Position numbers and translations under genes: made by a program. From Azolla caroliniana (Eukaryota > Plantae > Polypodiophyta), in NCBI GenBank assembly GCA_043228905.1, contig JBHGNT010000016.1, positions 12,834,001-12,898,000 on the forward strand: a DNA stretch of 64,000 nt. Reading direction: 5' to 3'. Each line of letters starts with the position of its first letter. The stretch's first letter is position 1. Under the pieces are notes generated by a model that was not told the origin of the DNA, ran no database searches, and saw only the letters and a program-made list of their open reading frames with translations. This document shows positions 50,469 through 62,560 of this stretch, piece after piece.

Positions 50469-52868
50469 ACATTGAGAATAACTAACTTGGATTGATAAAT
50501 AACTAACTTGGTTTCAAATGAATTTGTTACTTTGACAGATGCAATGTCACAACTACATGACCATCACAAGTTTCAATGTAGCCCAAGTTGTAGTGCCATT
50601 TAGCTCAAACATGTCAAAAACAGATAGCACTATTTGACGCAAAAATAGAAACGTTGATTTTCTTGCCTATATTGTATTTTTAAGGTTACAAATTATTCTT
50701 CTCATTTTATGTAGCATCTTTTCTTGTCCAAACCCGGGCTTGAATCAGAGACCTCTGATGTGTTATACTAGCGTGATAACCAACTACATGAACTGGACAT
50801 ATTGAGAATAACTAGCTTGGATCGATGAATAAAAGACTAATCTCAATGGAAATTCCATATGCCAATTCGAAAAGAGTAAGTTAAAACATTATTGTTGTTG
50901 TAATCAACAGGATTATGTGTCCAAACCCTGAGTTGAACTAGAGAGCTCTAGTGTGAGAGACTAGCGTGATAACCAACTACACCATCTCGACCCATTTGCC
51001 ATTACTACTTTAATAGTTTGACATGGATTTGTTATTTAGAACCAAACGATTGGCATGTAATGTTGACATTGCCATAATGACTTTGTAAGTTTTCCAAGTG
51101 GTAATAAGATTTACCTTATAGAAGTCTTCCTGACTACATACGATTTTAATTGGAAAAGATAGCACGAATGTAAGCAAGACATGAAGAATTCTTTTTGCTT
51201 TGCTTAATATATGTGCAGGAGTTGCAGTTACTTTAACTTAATACTTGACTATATTGACATCATTACAATCAGGCTACCATGTAAAGAACAATAGTTATAA
51301 TTTAAGTCAGTCTAAATAGCACTTCTCTTCACCAAATGTAGACTTTAACTGGAGACCTCTAACATGTTAGAGTAGCATGAAAATCAACTACACCATTTAA
51401 ACATATCAATGATATCTATTTGTCTATCGTAAGTAATCTTGGTGCAATAACGATTGAAGAATAGAGTGGTCTTAGAGGAATTTCAAGATATCATTTCTTT
51501 GTAAAAGAATAGTTCAAAGCATTCATATAAACCCGGACTCAAACTGAAGAGCTCCAATGTGGAATTCTACCTTTATAACCAACCTGACTATCTAGAAGAA
51601 ATTGTGAATATCGCTCAATTTCATGTATTCTGATGAATTTGATACTCTCACTGAAACGATGTCACAACTACATGGGCATCATGAGTTTCAATGTATCCGA
51701 TGTGGTTGTGGCATTTAGGGTGAAACAAGTCTCTAGAATGAAATAGCACTAATTGACACAATAAAAACGACGATTGTCTTGGCTTAAGGTACATGCATGA
51801 GTTCCACTTAGTTTCACTAAATATATTATAGTTCTATAAAGATAGATGGAATTCTTCTACTCATTCTATGTATAACATTTTTTGTTATTCAAACACGGAG
51901 TCGAACTAAAGACCTCTAGTGTGTAAGACTAACGTGATAACCAACTACACTATTCATGGATTCAAATGAATTTGTTACTTTGACGGATGCAATGTCACAA
52001 CTACATGGCCATCACGAGTTTCAATGTAGCACAGGGGGTACTGTCATATAGCTCAAACATTTCAAAAACAGATAGCACTATTTGACGCAAAAATCCAAAC
52101 ATGTCAGAAACAGATAGCAGTATTTGACACACAAATGTAGACGTTGATTTTCTCAGTTATATTGTATTTTTCTAAAGACCAAAGATACCAATTATTCTAG
52201 TAAGTCAATGTATTTTTCTAAAACCCCGGACTTAAACCGGACACCTCTAGTGTGTTAGACTAGCAGGATAACCAATTACACCATCTGGACATATTGAGAA
52301 TAGCTAGCTTGAGTAGATAAATAAAAGACTAAGCTCAATGGAAATTCCATATGCCAATTCGAAAAGGATAAGTTAAAACATTATTGTTGTTGTAATCAAC
52401 AAAATTATGTGTCCAAACCTGGTTTTGAATCGGAGACGTCTAGTGTGTGAGACTAGCGTGATAATGAACTCCACCAACTAGACCCATTTGTCATTACTAA
52501 TTTAATAGTTTGAAATGAATTTGTTAATTAGACCAAGGGATTGGCATGTCACACTGACATTGACATAATGACTTTGTAAGTTTGCCAAGTGGTAGTAAGA
52601 TTTACTTATAGAAATCTTTCTTACTACATATCATTTAGATTAAAAAAGATAGCACAAATGGAAGCAAGAAACGAAGAGTTCTTTTTGCTTTGCATAATAT
52701 ATGTGCAGGACTTGCAGTTAGTTTAACTTAATACTTGTCTATATCTACACCATTACAATCAGCCAACCATGCAAAGAACAATTTCTATGATTTTAGTCAG
52801 TCTAAATAACACTTCTCTTGTCCAAACATAGACTATAACCGGAGACCTCTAATGTGTTAGAGTAGCAT

Positions 52869-53130
52869 CATCGGGTGGGTTTGAAGGGAAAGGCGTATCT
52901 CTAGGTAGTGACGGATTTCATATATGAAATGTAAATATTGTATGTTACATCAATATGGCGTTTCACAAATATTTATAAAAATAAGGTGTTAGTCATTTTT
53001 TAAATTTCATATGTTTTCTTCTAAATTTCACGTGTCGATTATTGAGACATTTTTTGAAAGCCCTAAAATTTTTGGATGTGGAAAGAGGAAGCATATTTGT
53101 TGAGTTGACAATATAATGTTGAGTTGACAG
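52869..53130. repeat. Non-array insert homologous to 954-1150 and ~2880-2925
   Basis: aaaggcgtatctctaggtagtga...aaagccct matches 964-1138; gatgtggaaagaggaagcata..tgttgagttgacaatataatg matches 2881-2924. Confidence 0.8.
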
Positions 53131-56100
53131 TATTTTTCTGAAGACAAATACCAATTATTCTACTCATTCTATGTAGCATCTTTTCTTGTCCAAACCCAGA
53201 CTTGAATCGGACTAGCATGATAACCAACTACACTATCTAGACATATTGAGAATAAGTAACTTGGATCGATGAATAAAAGACTAATCTCAAGGGAAATTCC
53301 ATATGCCAATTTGAAAAGAGTAAGTTAAAACATTATTGTTATTGTGATCGACAAGATTATGTGTCCAAACCTGGAGTGGAGCCGGAGAACTCTAGTGTGT
53401 GAGACCAACATGATAACCAACTACACTATCTGGACAGATTTGCCATTAGTAATTTACTAGTTTGACATGTATTTGTTAGTTAGACCAAGTGATTGCGATG
53501 TAACACTAACATTGCCATAACGACTTTGTAAGTATTCCAAGTCGTAGTAAGATTTACCTTATACAAGTCTTTCTGACTACATACGATTTAAATTGAAAAA
53601 GATAGCATGAATGTAAGCAAGAAATGAAGAATTCTTTTTGCTTTGCTTAATATATGTGCAGGAGTTGCAGTTACTTTCATTTAATACGAGACTGTATTGA
53701 CATCATTACAATCAGGCAACCATGCAAAGAACAATAGCAATGATTTTAGTCAATCTAAATAGCACTTTTCTTTTCCAAATGTAGATTGTACCCGTAGACC
53801 TCTAATGTGTTATAATAGCATGAAAACCAAGTACACCATCTAAACATATCAACAATGTCTATTTATCTATCTTAATTAATATTGGTGCAATAACTATTGA
53901 GGAATAGAGTATTCTTCGATGAATTTCAAGATATTATTTATTCGTAAAGGAATAGTTCAAAACATGCAAATAAACCCGAACTCAGACTTAAGACCTCTAC
54001 TGTGGAAGTCTATTGTAATAACCAACTAGACTATCTAGATGCAATTGTGAATATCGCTCAATTTCATGCATTCTGATGAATTTGATCATTTCACTGAAAT
54101 TATGTCACAACTACATGGGCATCATGAGTTTCAATGTATCCGATGTGGTTGTGGAATTTAGGTGAAACAAGTCTCTCGAAACAAATAGCACTTACATGCA
54201 TCAGTTTCACTAAATATATTCTAGTTCTATATTGACAGAGACCAATTCTTCAAGTAATTTTATGTAACCTTTTTTGTTGTCCAAACCCGGACTCGACCCG
54301 TAGATCTCTAGTGTCTAAGACTAGCGTGATAACAAACTACATTATCTGGACTTAATTGTGAAGATCAATTTCATGGATTTAGATAATTTGGATACGTTCA
54401 CTAAACCGATCTCAAAACTACAGGGCTATTACGAGTTTCAATGTATCCCATGTGGAAGTGGTATTTAGCTCAAACAAGTCTCTAGAAAGAAACATATAGC
54501 CCTAATTGACACAGGAAATGAATATTGTGGATTTTCTTGGCTTAAGGTACATGCATGAGATCCACTTATTTCCATTAAATATATTCACATATACTAATTC
54601 TTCTACTCATTCTGTGTAACATTTTTTGTTGTCCAAACATGGAGTCGAACCGAAGACCTCTAATATGTAAGACTAGTGTTATAACCAACTACACTATTTG
54701 GACTCAATTGTAAAAATCAATTTCATGGATTCAAATGAATTTGGTACTTTGACAGATGCGATGTCACAACTACAAGGCCATCACGAATTTCAATGTAGCC
54801 CATATGGTAGTGGCATTTAGCACAAACATGTCAGAAACATATAGAACTATTTGACGCAAAAATGTAGAGGTTGATTTTCTTGGCTATATTGTATTTTTCT
54901 AAACACGTATACCAATGATTCTATTCATTCTATGTAGCATCTTTTGTTGTCCAAACTCGGACTTGAACCAAAGACCTCTAGTGTTTTAGACTAGTGTAAT
55001 AACCAACTACACTATCTAGACATATTGAGAATACGTAGCTTGGATCGATGAATAAAAGACTAATCTCAACGGAAATTCCATATGCTAATTCGAAAAGACT
55101 AAGTTAAAACATTATTGTTGTTGTGATCGACAATATTATGTGTCCAAACTCATAGTGGAACCGGAGAACTCTAGTGTGTGAGACTAGCTTGATAACCAAC
55201 TACACCATCTAGACTGATTCGCCATTACTAATTTAATAGTTTGACATGTAACGACTTTGTAAGTATTCCAAGTGGTAGTAAGATTTACCTTATACAAGTC
55301 TTGAATGTAAGCAAGAAATGAAGAATTCTTTTTGCTTTGCTGAATATATGTGCAGGAGTTGCAGTTAGTTTAACTTACTACTTGACTATATCGACATCAT
55401 TACAATCAAGCAACCATACAAAGAACAATAGCTATGATTTTAGTCAATCTAAATAGCACTTTTCTTGTCTAAATGTAGATTGTACCCGTAAACCTCTAAA
55501 GTGTTATAATAGCATGAAAACCAACTACACTATCTAAACATATTAACGATGCCTATTTATCTATCTTAAATAATCTTGGTGCAATAACAATTGAAGAATA
55601 GAGTGTTCTTAGATGAATTTCAAGATATTATTTACTCGTAAAGGAATAGTTCAAAACATGCAAATAAACCTGGACTCAATGTCAAGACCTCTACTGTGGA
55701 AGTCTAGTGTGATAACCAACTACACTATCTAGATGCAATTGTGAATATCTCTCAATTTCATGCATTCTGATGAATTTGATAATTTCACTTAAGTTATGCC
55801 ACAACTATATGGGCCTCACACGTTTCAATGTATCCCATGTGGTAGTGTCATTTAGGTGAAACCAGTCTCTAGAAAGAAATAACACTAATTGACATAAAAA
55901 ATCAATATGGCAATTTTCTGGGCTTAAGGTAGATGCAACAGTTCCACTTAGTTTCAATAAAAATGTTCTAGTTCTACAGTGACAGATACCAATTATTCCA
56001 CTTATTCAATGTAACATTTTTTGTTGTCCAAACCCGGATTCGACCCGTAGGTCTCTAGTGTGGAAGACTACCGTGATAACCAACTACATTATCTGGACCG

Positions 56101-59100
56101 ACTTGTGAAACATCAATTTCATGGATTTAGATGATTTGGATACTTTCATTGAACCGATGTCCAAACTACAGGGCTATTATGAGTTTCATTGTATCCCATC
56201 TGGTAGTCGCATTTAGATCAAAGAAGTCTCTAGAAAGAAACATATAGCCCTAATTGACACATGAAATGAAGACGTGGATTTTCTTGGCTTAAGGTACATC
56301 CATGAGATCCACGAAATATATTCATATATACGAATTCGTCTACTCATTCTATCTAACATTTTCTGTTGTCCAAACACGGAGTCGAACTAACATCATAACC
56401 GACTACACTATTTGGACCCAATTGTAAAAACCCATTTCATGGAGTCAAATGAATTTGTTACTTTGATAGATGCGATGTCACAACTACACGAGTTTCAATG
56501 TAGCCCATGTTGTAGTGGAATGTAGGTTAAACACGTCAGAAACAGATAACACTATTTGATGTAAAAATGTAGACATTGATTTTCTTGGCTATATTGTATT
56601 GTTCTAAACACGCTTTTTTGTAGCCCATGTCGTAGTGGAATTTAGGTCAAACACGTCAGAAACAGATTGCACTATTTGACGTAAAAATGTAGACGTTGAT
56701 TTTCTTGGCTATATTGTATTTTTCTAAAGCCGGATACCGATGATTCTATTCATCATATGTAGCATCTTTTCTTTTCCCATCTCGGATTTGAACGGGAGAC
56801 CTCTAGTGTGTTAGACTAGCGTGATAACCAACTACACCCTCTAGACATATTTAGAATAACTTGCTTGGATCGATTAATAAAAAACAAAAGTTGAATGGAA
56901 ATTCCATATGTCAATTTCAAAAGAATAAGTTAAAACATTTTTGTTATTGTAATCGACAAGATTATGTGTCGAAACCTGTACTAGAATTGGAGACCTCTAG
57001 TGCGTGAGACTAACATGTTAACCAACTACACCATTTGGATGCATTTGCCATTACTAACCCGTAGTCGAATCGGCCATCCATGCAAAGAATAATAGGTATG
57101 ATTCTAGTCAGTCTAAATAGCACGTCTCTTTTCCAAATGTAGATTGTAACCGGAGACGTCTAATGTGTTAGAGTACCATGGAAATCAACTACACCATCTA
57201 AACATATCCACGATCTCTATTTGTCTAACTTAATTAATATTGGTGCCATAACGATTGAGGAATAGAGTGTTCTTAGATGAATTTCAAGAGATCATTTATT
57301 CGTACGAGAATAGTTCAAAACATGCAAATAAACTATGGACTCAAACCGAACAACTCTAGTGTGGAAGTCTAGCTTTATAACTAGCTAGACTATCTAGACG
57401 CAATTGTGAATATCGCTCAATTTCACGTATTCTGATGAATTTGATACTTTCATTGAAATGATGTCACAACTGCATGGGCATCTTGAGTTTCAATGTATCC
57501 CATGTGGTTGTGGCATTTAGGTGAAACAAATCTCTATGTAACATAAAAGAGGACGTTTAGTGTGTAAGACTAGCGTGATAACCAACTACATTATCTAGAC
57601 CTAATCGTGAAGATGAATTTCATGGATTTAGATAAATTGGATATTTTCACTAAAGCAATGTCAAAACTACATGGGTACTAAGAGTTTCAATGTATCGCAT
57701 GTGGTAGTGGCATCTAGCTCAAACAAGTCTCTAGAAAGAAACATAGAGCCCAATTAACACAAGAAATGAACACGTGGATTTTCTTGGCATAAGGTACATG
57801 CATCAGATCCACTTAGTTTCACTTCATAAATTCATATATACTAATCGTTCTACTTATTCTATGTAACATTTTTTGTTGTCCAAACACGGAATCGAACCAA
57901 AGACCACTAGTGTGATAACCAACTACACTATTTGGACCCAATTGTCAGAACCAATTTCATGGATTGAAATGAATTTGTAACTTTGACGGATGTGATGTCA
58001 CAACTACATGGCCATCACGATTTTCAATGTAGCCTATGTGGTAGTGCCATTTAGCTCAAACACGTGAGAAACAGATAACACTATTTGACGTAAAAATGTA
58101 GACGTTGATTTGCTTGGCTATATTGTATTTTTCTAAAGACGAATACCAATGATTCTATTCATTCTACGTAACATCTTTTCTTGTCCAAATGCGGACTTCA
58201 ACCAGAGACCTCTAGTGTGTTAGACTAACGTGATAACCAACTACATCATCTAGACATATTAAGAATAACTAGCTTGGATCGATGAATAAAAGACTAAGCT
58301 CAATTGAAATTGCATATATCAATTCCAAAATAATAAGTTAAAACATTATTTTTGTTGTAATGGACAAGATTATGTGCTCAAACCCGGTTTCGAATCGGAG
58401 ACCTCTAGTGTGTGAGATTAGCGTGATAACCAACCACAACATCTCGACCCATTTGCCACTACTCCTCCCCACTCGTCCCTCTCCACACACAGCCTCTCAA
58501 TAGAAACAATTCCCTCCTCCTCCCCCCCTCTCTCTTTCTCGCACTCGTGCAAAGAACAATCGCTATGATTTTAGTCAGTGTAAATAGCACTTTTCTTGTT
58601 TGAATGTAAATTGTACCCGTAGACCTCTAATGTGTTATAATAGCATGAAAACCAACTATACCATGTAAACATATTGACGATGTCTATTTATCTCTCTTAA
58701 TTAATCTTGGTGCAATAACGATTGAAGAATATCTAGTGTTGTTAGATGAATTTCAAGATATTATGTATTCGTAAAGGAATAGTTCAAAACATGCGAATAA
58801 ACCCAAACTCAAACTCAAGACCTCTCCTTTGGAAGTCTACTGCGATAACCAACTAGACTATCTAGATGCAATTATGAATACTGCTCAATTTCATGTATTC
58901 TGATAAATTTGATAATTTCACTGAAACTATGTCACAACTACATGGGCATCATGAGTTTCAATGTATCCCATGTGGTTGTGGCATTTAGATGAAACAAGTC
59001 TGTCGAAACAAATAGCACTAATTGACACAAGAAATTAACACGATGATTTTCTCGGCTTAAGGTACATGCATCAATTCCACTTAGTTTCACTCAATATATT

Positions 59101-61869
59101 CTAGTTCTATAGTGACAGAGACCAATTCTTCAAGTCATTCCATGCAACAATTTTTGTTGTCCAAACCTGGACTCGACCCATAGATCTCTAGTGTGTAAGA
59201 CTAGCGTAATAACCAACTACATTATCTGGACCTAATTTTAAAGATCAATTTCATGGATTTAGATGATTTGGATACTTTCACTAAACCGATGTCAAAACTA
59301 CAGGGCTATTACGAGTTTCAATGTATCCCATGTGGTAGTGGCATTTAGCGTGCCATTTAGGTCAAAGAAGTCTCTAGAAAGAAACATATAGCCCTAACTG
59401 ACACAATAAATGAACACGTGGATTTTCTTGGCTTAAGGTATATCCATGAGATCCACTTAGTTCCATTAAATATATTCATATATACTAATTCTTCTACTCA
59501 TTCTATGTAACATTTTCAGTGGTCCAAACATGGAGTTGAACTGAATACCTCTAGTGTGTAAGATTAACATCATAACCAACTATACTATTTGCACCCAATT
59601 GTAAAAACCAATTTGATGGATTGAAATGAATTTGTAACTTTGACAGATGCGATGTCACAACTACATGGCCATCACAAGTTTCAATGTAGCCCATGTCGTA
59701 CTGGAATTTAGGTGAAATACATCAGAAACAAATAGCACTATTTGACGTAAAAATGTAGACGTTGATTTTCTTGGATATATTGTATGTTTCTAAAGACGGC
59801 TACCAATGATTCTATTCATTCTATGTAGCATCTTTTGTTGTGCAAATTCGGACTTGAACCGAAGACCGCTGGTGTGTTAGACTAGCGTGATAACCAACTA
59901 CACTATCTAGACAGATTGAGAATAAGTAGCTTGGATCAATGAATAAAAGACTAATCTCAATGGAAATTCCATATGCCAATTCTAAAAGAGTAAGTTAAAA
60001 CATTATTGTTGTGATCTACAAGATTATGTGTCCAAACACATACTAGAACTGGAGAGCTCTGGTGCGTGAGACTAGCATGATAACCAACTTCTATAAACAT
60101 ATCAACGATGTCTATTTATCTATCTTAATTAATCTTGGTGTAATAACGATTGAAGAATAGAGTGTTTTTAGATGAATTTCAAGATATTATTTATTTATAG
60201 AGGAACATTTCAAACCATGCCAATAAACCCTAACTCAAACTCAAGACCTCTACTGTGGAAGTCTACTGTGATAACCAACTAGATTATCTAGATGCAATTG
60301 TGAATATCACTCAATTTCATGTATTCTAATAATTTTGATATTTTCACTTAAGTTATGTCACAACTATATGGGCATCATGCGGCTCAATGTATCCCATGTG
60401 GTCGTGGCCTTTAGGTGAAACAAGTCTCTAGAAAGAAATAGGACTAATTGACACAAAAAATCAATACGACGATTTTCTTGGCTTAAGGTAGATGCATCAG
60501 TTCCACTTAGTTTCACTAAATATATTCTAGTTCTAGACTGAAAAATTCAAATTGGTCCACTCATTCAACGTAACATTTTTTATTGTTTAAACCCAGACTC
60601 GACCCGTAGATATCTAGTGTGTAAGATGAACGTGATAACCAACCACATTATCTAGACCTACTTCGGAAGATCAATTTCATGGATTTAGATAATTTTTATA
60701 CTCTCACTAAACCGATGTCAAAACTACAGGGGTATTACGAGTTTCAATCTATACCTTGTGGTAGTGGCAATTAGCTCAAAGAAGTCTCTAGAAAGAAACA
60801 TATGGCCCTAATTGACACAAGAAATGAAGACGTGGATTTTCTTGGCTTAAGGTACATGCATGAGATCCACTTAGTTCCATTAAATATATTCATATAAACT
60901 AATTCTTCTAATCATTCTATGTATCATTTTTTGTTGTCCAAAGACGGAGTTGAACCGAAGACCTCTAGTGTGTAAGACTAGCTTCATAACCCACTACACT
61001 ATTTGGACCCAATTGTAAAAACCAATTTCATGGATTCAAATGAATTTGTTACTTTGACAGATGCGATGTCACAACTACATGACCATCACAAGTTTCAATT
61101 TAGCCCATGTCTTTGTGGAATTTAGGTCAAACACATCAGAAACAAATAGCACTATTTGAAGTAAAAATGTAGATGTTGATTTTCTTGGCTATATCGTATT
61201 TTTCTAAAGACGGTTACCAATGATTCTAGTCATTCTATGGAGCATTTTCTCTTGTCCAAACTTGAACTTGAACTGGAACCTCTGCTGTGTTAGACTAGCG
61301 TGATAACCAACTACACTATCTAGACATATTGAGAATAGGAAGCTTGGATCGATGAAAAAGATAGCACGAATGGAAGCAAGAAATGAAGAATTGTTTTAGC
61401 TTTGTTTAATATATGTGCAGGACTTGCAGCTAGTTTAACTTAATACCTAATTATATCGACATCATTACAATCACAGAACCGGGCAAAGAACAATAGCTAT
61501 GATTCTAGTCAGTCTAAATAGCACATCTCTTGTCCAAATGTAGATTGTAACCGGAGACGTCTAACGTATTATAGTACCATGAAAACCAACTACACCATGT
61601 AAACATATCGACGATGTCTATTTATCTATCTTAATTAATTTTGGTGCAATAACGATTGAAGAATAGAGTGTTCTAAGATGAATTTCAAAATATCATTCAT
61701 TCGTAAAATAATAATTCAAAACATGAAAATAAACCCAAACTTAAACCGAACACCTCTAGTGTGGAAGTCTAATGTGATAACCAACTACACTATCTAAACG
61801 CAATTGTGAATATCGCTCAATTTTATGCATTCTGATGAATTTCATGCTTTTACTGAATTTGATACTTTG

Positions 61870-62560
61870 GCACTTCTCGACCCGTCAGTCGCTTTGTGTC
61901 GGTGTCGACTTTTGTTGCTTCCTCGTCTTTTTAGCCTTTTATTGATTCGAACTCCTCTTCGGAATCGGCTAGCTCCGATTCATTCCAACTCTTCCCTGAA
62001 GTTGGCAGTCTCAAATTTGTCTTTAACCTTCAGGCCCCTCACCATCACGGACCAAGTCTAGGTCTTGGCCTTCTTATTCTGGTTGGCTCTATCGTTCTTG
62101 ACTCTGTCGTAGTCGCCGTGTGTTCCGAGTTAATCATATGTGTTGACTTCTTCAGTCAACTCGACTTCCTTTTCCTTCTTGTCTCCCCCTGTTTTGGTTG
62201 TTTCCTTCACTCTGGCTGCTTGTCCAGTGCCTTTGCCTGTTTTCCCAGTTTCCATTCCGGTTTCCTCCTTTCTCCCCCTCAAGTGCGACATGTTGAGATA
62301 CTAAATCCAAGAATCTTCGAAAATATTGCAATTTGTCCATGCTGGAAGGTTTGGTGAAGATGTCGGTAGTCTACCGATCGGTTAGAACATACACAAGATC
62401 AGCTTCAACCACTGAGGACCCGATCTCGCACAATGTCGTAATGCACTTCTATTTGTTTCGTCCAAGCGCATGTGGAGATGCTGAAGAACAAGAAACTCTG
62501 AAAAATGCTACAACTTGTACAGGCCGAGAGGTTTGGTGAAGATGTCGGTAGTTACCGATC
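61870..62560 (-). mobile_element. Copia RNase H / C-terminal tail fragment, family of 4251-9455
   Basis: Reverse complement resembles 8320-8720 (IEVHYD, DIFTKP, DKLQ, KKAKT-TWSVMVRGL). Confidence 0.78.
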
